A stretch of DNA of 63,985 nt, the filler included, from an uncultured Methanosarcinales archaeon (GTDB taxonomy: Archaea > Nanobdellota > Nanobdellia > Woesearchaeales > CAZKBD01), in the NCBI GenBank assembly GCA_964550945.1. It is 7 parts of 7 records of this genome, joined end to end, with 100 filler letters (N's around TTAATTAATTAA, not from the genome) between each part and the next. Parts side by side here need not be neighbours in the genome. Positions count along the whole stretch, not along the records: positions 1 to 10,719 come from CAZKBD010000065.1; 6 more parts are not named here. One strand, 5' to 3'. The notes under the pieces were generated by a model that ran no database searches, was not told where the DNA came from, and saw nothing but the letters and a program-made list of their open reading frames with translations. Shown piece by piece: positions 1 through 9,732 of this stretch (position 1 is the stretch's first letter; every line of letters begins with the position of its first letter). The translations under genes and the position numbers were made by a program.

Positions 1-1
1 T

Positions 2-586
2 ATTGAGCGATTTGTAAAATCAAAGCTGGATATTCTGAATTGGATGCATACTAAAGGAGCGAGGCCTATTGCCCGATATATTGCCAAAAAAGAGAAAGCA
101 AACCAGGAAATTGTTGATGTGGCTGTTTTATTCCACGACATAGCAAAAACAAACCTAAAAAGAGAGCTTTATCACCATATTGAAGGAGCCTGGATAGCAA
201 AAAACTATCTCAGAAAGATAAAAGCAGATAACCAATTCATAGAAGCTGTCTGCCATTGTGTTTTAGCTCATTCAACGCCTTTAAAATATTTTAAGAGTAA
301 AGCAGCAAAAAAACAAAAAACTTTCTTGCCAATGCCTAAAACAATAGAAGCTAAAGTGTTGTTTGATGCTGACATGATACAGCAGCTTAGCCCTTATGGC
401 ATAACTAAAAGCCTGTTTATCAATTATACCATCTACAAGAAACCATTTAAAGAAGGGTTTTTAGCCACAAAACACACATTGATGAATGATGCTGCTCATG
501 CTTTATTCACAAAGACAGCAAAGCAGCTAGCAAGCCAAAGATTAAAATACGTAAACGATTTCTTTAAGAGATTAGAAAATGAATGA
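2..586 (+). CDS. HD-domain phosphohydrolase (5' truncated at window edge)
   Basis: H...FHDIAK...H..EGA...HS...DAD HD-family motifs; the frame is open from position 2 (IERFVKSKLDILNWMHT), so the true start lies upstream. Confidence 0.8.
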   Translation: MERFVKSKLDILNWMHTKGARPIARYIAKKEKANQEIVDVAVLFHDIAKTNLKRELYHHIEGAWIAKNYLRKIKADNQFIEAVCHCVLAHSTPLKYFKSKAAKKQKTFLPMPKTIEAKVLFDADMIQQLSPYGITKSLFINYTIYKKPFKEGFLATKHTLMNDAAHALFTKTAKQLASQRLKYVNDFFKRLENE

Positions 587-632
587 TTACCATTACATAT
601 AATGCGATTTTCGATATATTTAAATATATGTA

Positions 633-1532
633 ATGGTAACTAATCCCAATATGAGGGTAATAAAAAGAAAAAAAGGCAATGCAGAGTACTTCTATCTACA
701 ACATTCTTACAGAAAAGGCAATAAGATAATCACGAAAGAAAAATATCTGGGTAAAGATGTGCCCAAAGATATTGAAAATATCAAGAGCGAGATAACCTCA
801 GAGATTAAAGGTGACCTCTATAATAAACTAAAGGCGATAAAAGAAAACTTCCAGAAAGAATGGAACAGCTATCCGGAAACGGTTAAGGATAAAGAGAGAG
901 AAGAGATAGCTATAGCCTTTACCTATAACACCAATGCAATTGAGGGTTCCACAATAACCTTAGATGAAGCTAGAGAGATCATCCATTACAAGAGTGCGCC
1001 TAAAAAGCCATTGAATGACATTAAAGAAGCAGAAGCCCATGCTAAAGTGTTCACAGATATGCTAAACAAGAAAGAGGAACTCTCCAAAAAATTATTGTTA
1101 AAGTGGCATCAAAGGATATTTGGAGAGACTAAAGAGGATATTGCAGGGAAATTTAGGGATTATCTTGTAAGGGTGGGGGATTATGTTGCTTCAGACTGGC
1201 AGGATATTGAAAATCTTATGGCCCAATTAATTAAATTCGTGAATTCTCATAAAGGAAATCCTGTTGAATCTGCTGCCAGAGTCCACTACAGATTTGAAAG
1301 GATTCACCCTTTCGGAGATGGAAATGGGAGGATAGGGAGATTATTAATGAATTACATATTATGGCACAATAAATATCCTATGGTGATAATAGAATATAAG
1401 AAAAGAAGGTCTTACTACAAAGCTCTTCAAAAAGATGAAGATAGATTTGTTCAATATTTTTTTAGAAGGTATTTATCTGTTCATAAGAAAAGATATTTAA
1501 GCAGAGTTACAGATCATCAAAAAAATGGCTGA
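633..1532 (+). CDS. Fic family protein (AMPylase)
   Basis: Canonical HPFGDGNGRIGR motif and YNTNAIEGST motif. Confidence 0.92.
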   Translation: MVTNPNMRVIKRKKGNAEYFYLQHSYRKGNKIITKEKYLGKDVPKDIENIKSEITSEIKGDLYNKLKAIKENFQKEWNSYPETVKDKEREEIAIAFTYNTNAIEGSTITLDEAREIIHYKSAPKKPLNDIKEAEAHAKVFTDMLNKKEELSKKLLLKWHQRIFGETKEDIAGKFRDYLVRVGDYVASDWQDIENLMAQLIKFVNSHKGNPVESAARVHYRFERIHPFGDGNGRIGRLLMNYILWHNKYPMVIIEYKKRRSYYKALQKDEDRFVQYFFRRYLSVHKKRYLSRVTDHQKNG

Positions 1533-2286
1533 AAAACATACACAAATCTCAATAAAAGCGGCAAAAGAAGCTGGAAAAATACTAATGAAATATTATGGCA
1601 AAGTTAAGAAAATTGTAGAAAAATCTCCAAACAATTATGTCACTGAAGCAGATCTGGAAAGCGAAAAAATAATCATTGGCCTAATTAAAAAAAACTTTCC
1701 AGCGCATCAGATCATCTCAGAAGAAGCAGGCTCTATCAACCGATCAGATCATGTTTGGTATGTTGATCCTTTAGATGGAACCCATAATTATATCCACAAG
1801 ATTCCATTTTTTGGGGTTTCTATTGCCTACAGCTACAAAGGCGAGGTAAAAGCAGGAGTCATATATTGCCCTTATGTTGACGAATTGTATGTTGCAGAGA
1901 AAGGCAAAGGGGCGTTTTGCAACGGAAAAAAGATTGAGGTTTCAAAAAAAGACAGGGTAAAAGATGTTATAGTCATTTTTGATGCTTCATTGCATAAGGA
2001 TAAAGAGTATAAATTCAACCTATTAAGAAAATTTGTTGATAGTTGCTTTAAGGTAAGGATACTTGGAGCTGCTGTTTACAACTGCATCTCAGTTGCAATA
2101 GGCGGAGCAGAAGCATATATAGAGCTTTCAACAAACCCCTGGGATATTGCAGCCGGCCTTTTAATTGTACAGGAAGCTGGCGGCAAAGTTACTGATCTTG
2201 AGGGAGATGAATGGAAACCAGATATAAAAGAATTCATCGCGACAAATGGGATAGTGCATAAAAAAATTTTAGATATTATTTCTTGA
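1525..2286 (+). CDS. Inositol monophosphatase family protein (SuhB-like)
   Basis: SEE, WYVDPLDGTHNY and PWDIAAG motifs. Confidence 0.92.
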   Translation: MAEKHTQISIKAAKEAGKILMKYYGKVKKIVEKSPNNYVTEADLESEKIIIGLIKKNFPAHQIISEEAGSINRSDHVWYVDPLDGTHNYIHKIPFFGVSIAYSYKGEVKAGVIYCPYVDELYVAEKGKGAFCNGKKIEVSKKDRVKDVIVIFDASLHKDKEYKFNLLRKFVDSCFKVRILGAAVYNCISVAIGGAEAYIELSTNPWDIAAGLLIVQEAGGKVTDLEGDEWKPDIKEFIATNGIVHKKILDIIS

Positions 2287-2368
2287 GATAGACTAATCTC
2301 CTTTTATCATCATTAAGTAGCTATGACAGAAAAGTTTAAATAAACCCCGAGAACCCTCTCCTTTTGAA

Positions 2369-3493
2369 ATGGATACATTAGGTGGGATTACTAGGAGAGC
2401 ATTTTTAGCCCTTTCTGCTGTGGAGGCATTAGCTGCATCACTGGATGCTGTTGCACAAGAACAACGTGTAGTGCATGTTAATCCGCAAACTGAAAATCTA
2501 GAAACTATCCTAAAAAATGTAAAAACACACGTTGTTATGGATGAAGGGGTTTACCACATAGGTTATGATATATTTATCGATCATGGGTCAAGGTTGACTA
2601 TTGAACCTGGAACTAAGGTAATATTTGAATTCAACAGGCCGCATCAGGATATTGCGGGAGGCGGAATAATCTGCCTTGGTACATTAATAGCTGACGGCAC
2701 TAGAGAAAAACCAATAACATTCACCGGAAATACTAGCCCGGGATCATCAGGGTACGACCGTTGGAAAAACATAAGCTTTCACGGGGAAGGGGCGGATAAT
2801 TCTGTTCTAAATAATTGCGTAATACGTTACGGAAGTGGAAGATTTTGGTTTCCATCAGCGGATTCTACATCAAATGATAAAGGGGGTATCCATAAAGGAG
2901 ATACCACCAGTTTGAGGGGGAGCAACTGTATTTTTTCTCAAGGAGGAGGTCTATATTTTTACAAATCAAGCCCTACAGTTACAAATTGTGTTATAGAACA
3001 AAATGACGCTGGACAAATGGGCGGCGGAATTTGTTGCTACATGTCAAATGTTAAAATATCAGGTTGCACTATTAATAATAATGCTGGGTCAGATGGTGGA
3101 GGTATTTATGTCGCACGAGGTAGCCCAATTATAGAAGGAAATACCATTAGTGGGAATGAAGTGAACTATGGTAGTTCAGGTTGCAGTAATTGTGGCGGAG
3201 GCATTTCTTGTGAAGTTTTTGAAAAATCAGATCCAACAATAGTAGGTAACACCATAGAGAAGAATGTTGGTGCATATGCTGGAGGGGGAATTAATATTGT
3301 ATGTCCAGCTGGCTTTGTTTATAGAAATGAAAGAATACATGGCAACGTTGTCAGGAATAACTTTGCAGTAAGTAGTGGAGCCGGAATTGGTGCGGGTCAT
3401 AATGATTATAGCCACGGATTAACTTTTATTTTCCAAAATAATCTAATTGAAGGAAATAAGCTAGCGCCAGGGGATACCCATAAAACTCACTAA
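2369..3493 (+). CDS. Right-handed parallel beta-helix repeat protein with Tat-like signal
   Basis: N-terminal TRRAFLA; repeated GGGI...N.I..N.A beta-helix units; LTIEPGT and GTREKPITFT motifs. Confidence 0.75.
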   Translation: MDTLGGITRRAFLALSAVEALAASLDAVAQEQRVVHVNPQTENLETILKNVKTHVVMDEGVYHIGYDIFIDHGSRLTIEPGTKVIFEFNRPHQDIAGGGIICLGTLIADGTREKPITFTGNTSPGSSGYDRWKNISFHGEGADNSVLNNCVIRYGSGRFWFPSADSTSNDKGGIHKGDTTSLRGSNCIFSQGGGLYFYKSSPTVTNCVIEQNDAGQMGGGICCYMSNVKISGCTINNNAGSDGGGIYVARGSPIIEGNTISGNEVNYGSSGCSNCGGGISCEVFEKSDPTIVGNTIEKNVGAYAGGGINIVCPAGFVYRNERIHGNVVRNNFAVSSGAGIGAGHNDYSHGLTFIFQNNLIEGNKLAPGDTHKTH

Positions 3494-3597
3494 TCATTAT
3501 GTCTTTCTTGTTGTTCGCTAATAAATAACAATATCTAATTATAATAATAGAAAGGTTTATAAATAATGAACATTTATTGCCTTTAGAGGTGATTGAT

Positions 3598-5259
3598 TTG
3601 GATTTGTCAAAGATATTTACAAAAAAGAACATTGAAATTCTTAAATTGTTAGGCAGGGAGAATCTGCACATGAGGGATATTGCTGAGCGCTTGAATTGCA
3701 GCCCTGCAAAAGTCCATGACACTATCAAATTACTCAAAAAATGCGATTTTATCACTGAAACTAAAGACAAGAACAAGATAATAATCAAGCTGAACAAGAA
3801 TAATGAATTATTAAAAACCATTGAGAGATTAATCAGCGGCCAATCGCAACTAGAAGGCGCTAAAGAAGAAACTATCGCTTTATTTGATTCTATAAGCCCT
3901 CTTGATTTCAGGTATTATGGAAGGAATGAAAAAGTAAGAGAAAAATTATCCCCTTATCTGTCTGAAAAAGGGTTTATAAGATACTTGCTTAAGGTAGAAA
4001 TTGCTTTGACTACAACCCTGTCTAAAAGAGGGATTTGCAGCAAAGAAATTGCTAAAGAAGTTGAGATAGCAGCAAAAAAAGTTACAGCAGAAGAGGTTTA
4101 CCAGGAAGAAGACAGGATAAAGCACAACATAAGGGCGCTAGCAAACTCTATAAGAAGAAGAGTTTCAGATAAGGCAAAGCCCTATGTTCATTTTACAACA
4201 ACTTCTCATGACATAATGTGCAGTGCAGATGCAGCCAGGTTTAAGGATTTTACTGATGAAGTTTTAATGCAAAAATTGATTGATTTTGAAAAAACACTGA
4301 TCAATCTAGCAGAAAGGGAAAAAGGCACTGTCCAGATTGGCAGGACCCATGGCCAGCATGCAGAGCCTATCACATTTGGCTTTGCTATTGCGCAATATGT
4401 TGATAGGTTTGGAAATTCAATATTAAGAATTAAGAAGACCTCTAATAATTTAAGAGGAAAGATTGCTGGAGCTGTTGGAGCTTATAACGCAAGCTCATTG
4501 TTTTTTAATGACGCTGTAGAATTTGAAAAAGAGGTTTTGGCAGAATTAGGCATAAAGCCCAGCCCAATATCCACTCAAGTTGTAGAGCCTGAATTTATGG
4601 TTGATTATATCAATTCAATTATCAGCTCTTTTGGTGTTTTAGCTAATCTATCGGATGATATGAGGCATCTGCAGAGATCAGAGATAGCAGAAGTTGGAGA
4701 GTTTTTTGAAGCAAAACAAGTAGGATCATCAACAATGCCCCAAAAAAGAAACCCAATCAATTTTGAGAATGTCAAATCAATGTGGAAATCATTCATGCCA
4801 AGGATGATAACCTTGTATGAAGACCAGATATCAGAGCATCAAAGGGATCTGACAAATTCTGCAAGCTCAAGATTTGTTCCAGAGATATTGGCAGCATTTT
4901 ATCTATCTGTTGACAGGCTAAACAAAGTGATGAGCAAGTTAGTTGTTGATAAATTAAATATGAAGAAAAACTTTGACATGAATAAGGATATGATAACAGC
5001 AGAGCCTGCTTATATATTGTTAGCTGCGCATAACCATCCTGATGCGCATGAATATGTAAGAGAGCTGACTTTAAAAGCTCAAAAAACAAAAAAGCCTTTT
5101 AGGGAATTGCTTTTCCAGGATAAAGAGATAAAAAATTATATTAACAGATTCACAAAAAAGCAGATTGATATCCTAAAACAGCCAGAGAGCTATATTGGGG
5201 TTGCATCTAAAAAGACTGCAGAAATATGCAGTTATTGGAAAAAAGAATTAGATGCATAG
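3598..5259 (+). CDS. purB: Adenylosuccinate lyase with N-terminal winged-HTH extension
   Basis: SPLDFRY, GRTHGQHAEP and GSSTMPQKRNP signature; about 90-aa HTH-like N-terminus; TTG at 3598 follows a GAGGTGA Shine-Dalgarno (ORF track starts 3577). Confidence 0.88.
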   Translation: MDLSKIFTKKNIEILKLLGRENLHMRDIAERLNCSPAKVHDTIKLLKKCDFITETKDKNKIIIKLNKNNELLKTIERLISGQSQLEGAKEETIALFDSISPLDFRYYGRNEKVREKLSPYLSEKGFIRYLLKVEIALTTTLSKRGICSKEIAKEVEIAAKKVTAEEVYQEEDRIKHNIRALANSIRRRVSDKAKPYVHFTTTSHDIMCSADAARFKDFTDEVLMQKLIDFEKTLINLAEREKGTVQIGRTHGQHAEPITFGFAIAQYVDRFGNSILRIKKTSNNLRGKIAGAVGAYNASSLFFNDAVEFEKEVLAELGIKPSPISTQVVEPEFMVDYINSIISSFGVLANLSDDMRHLQRSEIAEVGEFFEAKQVGSSTMPQKRNPINFENVKSMWKSFMPRMITLYEDQISEHQRDLTNSASSRFVPEILAAFYLSVDRLNKVMSKLVVDKLNMKKNFDMNKDMITAEPAYILLAAHNHPDAHEYVRELTLKAQKTKKPFRELLFQDKEIKNYINRFTKKQIDILKQPESYIGVASKKTAEICSYWKKELDA

Positions 5260-5298
5260 AACCAAAACTTTATATATCCAAAAAGAATTTGAATCGCC

Positions 5299-6399
5299 AT
5301 GGATGCAGATTACCAAAAAAGAGAGGCAAAGGCAGTTGATGCTATCAAGAAAGCTATACCTTCCTCTCTAAAGCAGGATATGCTTCCTATTTCTAAAGGG
5401 ATGTTTGCTGAATTATACTCAAGTGAGGTATTCCCAAAACACTATATGGCATGCGCAATAGATGGTGTTGGGACTAAATTAGTTTTGGCAGAAGCTATGC
5501 ATAAATTTGACACAGTTGGCATTGACTTAGTTGCAATGAGCGCAAATGACCTAGCCACTTTAGGCAAAGTCAGCCCTTTCTTGTTCATCGATTATTTCGC
5601 TGTCCAGGAAAAGATAGAGCAGGAAGGCATTACAGGAGAGATAATGGAAGGAATTGTTAAAGGATTAGAGCAATGCGAAAGCTCTGGCATATTAAGAAAC
5701 TCAATTAAGATGAATATTGGCAAAGGCGAGACAGCCAGTGTTGATGAGCTGATTTCTGCAATAAAGCCAGGCTATGGCTTTGATATTGCAGGGGCAATGA
5801 TCGGCTTTATTGAAAAGGATGATATCAACGCAAAAATCTCTGTTGGAGACAAAATAATCGCATTGAAAAGCTCTGGCCCTCATAGCAACGGCTATACTGA
5901 TTTAAGGCTTAATCTATTAAATGGTGATTTCGAGACAAGGCCGGAATTCAAAAAAAGGTACAAAGGAAAATTTAGCTTAAATGATGATTTTAATGGCTCT
6001 ACAATTGGAGAAGCTCTTTTAGAGCCTACAAAGATTTATGTCAGGCTTGTGAATAAGATTGCATCAAAATATAGCATTTTAGGTGTTAATAATACAGGAT
6101 ATGGCCTAAAGAACTTCAACAGGTATAAGGGAAAATTCGAGTTTTTTATTGATAATCCGATAAAACCTCAGCCAATATTTGATCTGATGCAGCAGGAATC
6201 AAGATTAAATGATAAGGAGATGTATCAAAGGTTTAATATGGGCATGGGCTTCTTTATCATCTGCAAAAAGGAAGATGCTGATAGCATTCTGAAGATTATA
6301 GGAAAAGAAGGGCAGCTTGTCGGCGAAGTAAGAAAAGCGGCAAATACAAATACTATCCTGCTTAAAGGCAATAAAGAGATTGTTTTCGAAGGGTATTAA
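5299..6399 (+). CDS. purM: Phosphoribosylformylglycinamidine cyclo-ligase (AIR synthetase)
   Basis: DGVGTK, GIDLVAMSAND, GETA, SSGPHSNGY, LLEPTKIY and FNMGMG motifs. Confidence 0.9.
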   Translation: MDADYQKREAKAVDAIKKAIPSSLKQDMLPISKGMFAELYSSEVFPKHYMACAIDGVGTKLVLAEAMHKFDTVGIDLVAMSANDLATLGKVSPFLFIDYFAVQEKIEQEGITGEIMEGIVKGLEQCESSGILRNSIKMNIGKGETASVDELISAIKPGYGFDIAGAMIGFIEKDDINAKISVGDKIIALKSSGPHSNGYTDLRLNLLNGDFETRPEFKKRYKGKFSLNDDFNGSTIGEALLEPTKIYVRLVNKIASKYSILGVNNTGYGLKNFNRYKGKFEFFIDNPIKPQPIFDLMQQESRLNDKEMYQRFNMGMGFFIICKKEDADSILKIIGKEGQLVGEVRKAANTNTILLKGNKEIVFEGY

Positions 6400-6420
6400 T
6401 AAATTAGATAGTTCTCAAAA

Positions 6421-6470
6421 ATTTCGTTCCGAAAAGTTCAAAAAAGACTTTCGTATCATGGCGAAGCCCA
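6421..6470 (+). repeat. Bipartite direct repeat, copy 1 (copy 2 at 7206-7254)
   Basis: ATTTCGTTCCGAAAAGTT-N18/19-ATGGCGAAGCCCA occurs at both positions. Confidence 0.85.
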
Positions 6471-6522
6471 TTTCACTAGAATCATTAAGAGCCCCGCAAT
6501 TTCCGAAATGTTTATATATAGG

Positions 6523-6538
6523 GTAAGATTAATCTTAC
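6523..6538. promoter_or_regulatory. Palindromic operator of the toxin-antitoxin operon
   Basis: Perfect 16-bp palindrome GTAAGATTAATCTTAC between a TTTATATA box and the antitoxin start. Confidence 0.65.
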
Positions 6539-6542
6539 ATAG

Positions 6543-6818
6543 GTGATACAAATGGATATTGCTATAACTAAAATGAGTTCAAAAGGACAAGTTGTTATTC
6601 CTGCTGAAATGAGAACAGACATTGATGAAGGTGAGAAACTGCTGCTTATTAAAAGAGATCATCAAATAATTATGAAGAAAGCAAGCGAATTAAACAAGAA
6701 TCTTGAAGAGGATCTTATTTTCGCGAAGAGGACAGAAGCAGCTTTCAAAAAGTATGAGAAAGGAGAATTTATTGAGATGGATTTTGATGAGTTTTTGAAA
6801 GAAGCCAAAAAATGGTGA
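6543..6818 (+). CDS. AbrB/MazE/SpoVT family antitoxin
   Basis: TKMSSKGQVVIPAEMR AbrB signature; overlaps the downstream toxin. Confidence 0.88.
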   Translation: MIQMDIAITKMSSKGQVVIPAEMRTDIDEGEKLLLIKRDHQIIMKKASELNKNLEEDLIFAKRTEAAFKKYEKGEFIEMDFDEFLKEAKKW

Positions 6819-7060
6819 TTTCTGTATTTCATACTGACTTTCAGAAGACTTTCTCCAAGATAAAAGATAACATTACGAAAGAAAAGCTGATAAAGCAATT
6901 CTGCAAAATAAGAGAAAATCCAGAAGTAGGCAAGCCTATGATGTATGGGAGAAGAGGAACAAGAGAGGTATATGTTGCACCATATAGGCTTTCTTATGTC
7001 TATATAAAAGAACAGGATAAATTAGTTTTTTTGGACTTGTATCATAAAGATGAGCAATAA
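6812..7060 (+). CDS. RelE/ParE family toxin
   Basis: 82 aa; NPEVGKPM...GTREVYVAPYRLSY...LYHKD RelE-like pattern. Confidence 0.82.
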   Translation: MVISVFHTDFQKTFSKIKDNITKEKLIKQFCKIRENPEVGKPMMYGRRGTREVYVAPYRLSYVYIKEQDKLVFLDLYHKDEQ

Positions 7061-7096
7061 ACGGTTTTCTGGGGCTTTGTAAATTAAAAGATTTCT

Positions 7097-7281
7097 TGGG
7101 CGGTCGTAGCGAACAGAGTGGAAATTCCCGAGCGGAAGGAGCAAATTTAGGAGAGAACCGTTAAATTCCCTGTTAGTATCTCCGTCAGTTACAAAGTTCT
7201 GGCGGATTTCGTTCCGAAAAGTTGCGAGGATGCCGTCTTCAATGGCGAAGCCCAATTAATTTAATATATCTAAGGCAATTT
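7097..7281. repeat. Intergenic repeat element (direct similarity to 9128-9270; inverted complementarity to 8105-8202)
   Basis: Shared blocks TGGGCRGYCGWAGCG, AACAGAG, AAATTTRGGAGAG, CCTGTTAG and TACAAAGT; CGTTAAATTCC and TTGCGAGGATGCC have exact reverse complements at 8154-8164 and 8127-8139. Confidence 0.8.
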
Positions 7282-7356
7282 ACCCACATTATTAACTACT
7301 ATGAAGAGATAACAAATAGAAAAATTTAAATACTTGTTATTATGACTATATATTGT

Positions 7357-8103
7357 ATGGCTAATTCATTAACTGACAGACTACGAGAGACAGATATTTC
7401 AATAGATGTAAGTATGTTACAGCAACAGAAAACCAGACTAAAAGACGATTCTGCTTTTCAAAGAAGTTTAGATGAAACAGGACAGTATCTAGAACAGACT
7501 ATCAGTCATTATGCTAGTTTTAGAGATGTTGGAGAAGGTAAACAAATTCCAGTTAGTGAATATCTTGATAGACATCCTGAGATACTTCAGGAACATGGAG
7601 TTAGAGAAGTAAAAAGATACGGAAAAACATGGACTGAAAATTCAAGGAATAGTTCTGAAAATGAAGGAGAATTTTGTGAACAAGCAAGAGAATTATATGG
7701 CGGAAAATTTGGTGAAGTTTTTCAAAGTGTTTTTGTTGGGAGAGATGGACATAATAGAAAATATCTTGCATTTTCTGGTAAAACAGAGGGGGTTGATGAA
7801 GAAGATATTGAAAAATCAATTCCATTGAAAGATTGGGATTCATTAAAGGCAGAATCTGAATTAGTGGTTTTGGCACATAATCATCCTGATTTTTATAGGG
7901 ATTCTAAAGTGTTTGAAAAAAGGAATGGTCCAACAATAGGATTTATTTCTACAGGCGCATTATCTAAAAGAGATATTGAATTAGCTGATAGAATTTATCA
8001 TGATAAATTAGGTGGAAAAATTCCAGTATTAATGGTTGCTGTAAATGAAGATGGTTTGACTCATACTTACGTTGCTGGAACATCTGATTCTTATGAAATG
8101 TAG
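7357..8103 (+). CDS. JAB/MPN-motif protein
   Basis: VVLAHNHPD...LSKRD resembles the HxH..S..D JAMM metal motif with a longer spacer. Confidence 0.55.
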   Translation: MANSLTDRLRETDISIDVSMLQQQKTRLKDDSAFQRSLDETGQYLEQTISHYASFRDVGEGKQIPVSEYLDRHPEILQEHGVREVKRYGKTWTENSRNSSENEGEFCEQARELYGGKFGEVFQSVFVGRDGHNRKYLAFSGKTEGVDEEDIEKSIPLKDWDSLKAESELVVLAHNHPDFYRDSKVFEKRNGPTIGFISTGALSKRDIELADRIYHDKLGGKIPVLMVAVNEDGLTHTYVAGTSDSYEM

Positions 8104-8104
8104 G

Positions 8105-8241
8105 AAATTGCCCTTTTAATAAATTAGGCATCCTCGCAATTGAGCATAACATCGGAATTTAACGAAGTTTTTGATTTTTCCTCGTGAAGCGTAGGCTGTC
8201 CACGAAGCGTTTTATTATAGATTTCAGAGCCCCACAATTTC
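8105..8241. repeat. Intergenic repeat element, inverted copy
   Basis: Complementary blocks to 7097-7281 and to 8945-9168; contains GCATAAC (8144-8150). Confidence 0.78.
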
Positions 8242-8315
8242 CAAAAAGCGAAAGGTTTATATAGATTAAATATTTACACAGTATTAAATATATTAAATAA
8301 TGGAGGTATACTAAA

Positions 8316-8537
8316 ATGCCAACTATAACTTTGTCAGTACCAGAAGATCTGAAAAGAGATATGGACGAATCTAGAGAAATAAACTGGTCTGAGGTAGCTA
8401 GAGCCGCAATAAAAAGTAAAGTAGCACAATTAAAGATATTAAAAACCATATCTGCAAAGTCTAAACTTACGGAAAAAGACGCTTTGGAGTTAGGAAGAAA
8501 AATAAACAAATCGTTACATGAGAATATAGCTAGTTAA
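8316..8537 (+). CDS. Ribbon-helix-helix antitoxin (VapB-like)
   Basis: MPTITLSVPEDLK...EINWSEVARAAI RHH pattern, directly upstream of a PIN gene. Confidence 0.82.
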   Translation: MPTITLSVPEDLKRDMDESREINWSEVARAAIKSKVAQLKILKTISAKSKLTEKDALELGRKINKSLHENIAS

Positions 8538-8538
8538 A

Positions 8539-8946
8539 ATGGAACTTGTTATTGATGCTAATATCTTGATGTCTGCCCTAATAGCTACTGAAGGCAAGAC
8601 CTATGACTTAATATTCAATGAAAGAATAAAGTTAATTTCTGTGGATAAATTATTAAGAGAATTGGATAAACATAAACAAGAAATTCTTAAAAAGTCCGGA
8701 TTATCTGAATATGATTTTAATGTTTTTGTATCTTTAGTATCCTCTCAGATCGAATTTGTGCCTTACCACGAACTAAATAAGTTTGTTCCTGAGGCAGAAA
8801 AAATTAGTCCAGATCCAAATGACGTTGAGTATTTTGCTTTAGCATTAAAGCTAAATTGTGCTATCTGGTCAAATGATAAAAAATTGAAAGAGCAAGATAA
8901 GGTCAAGGTATATTCTACCAATGAATTACTGCAAGTTCTTCACTGA
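8539..8946 (+). CDS. PIN domain toxin (VapC-like)
   Basis: LVIDANILMSAL, DPNDVEYFALA and IWSNDKKL acidic PIN motifs. Confidence 0.9.
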   Translation: MELVIDANILMSALIATEGKTYDLIFNERIKLISVDKLLRELDKHKQEILKKSGLSEYDFNVFVSLVSSQIEFVPYHELNKFVPEAEKISPDPNDVEYFALALKLNCAIWSNDKKLKEQDKVKVYSTNELLQVLH

Positions 8947-9270
8947 AATTACGGGGCTCTGGCTATGTCAAGAACCACCATTCACAGAATTGTAGAATGG
9001 TGCTATCATTTGCCACATCAGGTGGTTCTCGAGCATGCTCAGAAATTTTTCAAAATCATGGCTGATTGCAAGCAAAGCTTGCCACCAGTCAAAGACGGGA
9101 TGGAAAATTTCTGACATTTTAGCGTAGTGGGCAGCCGAAGCGGAACAGAGCTGAAAAATCAAAAATTTGGGAGAGCGAGAATAGGAAGGAGACCTTTAGA
9201 GTGGGGACCCGATTTCTGGAATCTTTAAACGCCTGTTAGCCGAACCGACCCATACAAAGTGTGGGGAGGG
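8945..9270. repeat. Intergenic repeat mosaic
   Basis: IR arm 8945-8961; 21-bp block shared with 30956-30976; copy of the 7097 element at 9128-9270; GTTAGCC at 9235. Confidence 0.75.
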
Positions 9271-9320
9271 AAGTATGACACAGGCGGTTCACGAATAAAG
9301 AAACAGAAGGAAAGAATTTT

Positions 9321-9560
9321 TTATTTTTTGAATTTGTTGGATAAAAAAGCTACTATTAGTATTATGAAGTAGATTACAGAGATTAATAAAAGTGCTAATC
9401 CGATATATAATAATGAAGATTGAGGACATGAACAAGTTGTATTAGCTGCACAACGACAGTATGTTACACCTCCTTGAGATAATATCAATCCTATGCTGAA
9501 TATGGTAATATCAATAATAAAATGTATTAGTTTTGGTTTAAAAAATTTTTTCCAATCCAT
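9321..9560 (-). CDS. Small two-TM membrane protein with Cys-rich loop
   Basis: MDWKKFFKP start, two hydrophobic segments, CRC...CSC loop. Confidence 0.65.
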   Translation of the reverse strand: MDWKKFFKPKLIHFIIDITIFSIGLILSQGGVTYCRCAANTTCSCPQSSLLYIGLALLLISVIYFIILIVAFLSNKFKK

Positions 9561-9732
9561 AAATTGTTTCTTGTTGATGTTAGTATTTATAATTTTCTAT
9601 CAAGCGATAGCGCAGAGTTGCTGGCTCGGCAAGTTTTAGTTGTAATTTATAAGCAGGTTTACTTCATAAGGCACAAAAATCAGAGAAATAGCGAAGATTT
9701 ATATAGTACATGTGTACTACATCAGTATTACC

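Noticed and set aside
7022..7255. Minus-strand 77-aa ORF (and 8968-9162)
   Set aside because: They lie within non-coding repeat elements and lack protein-like features
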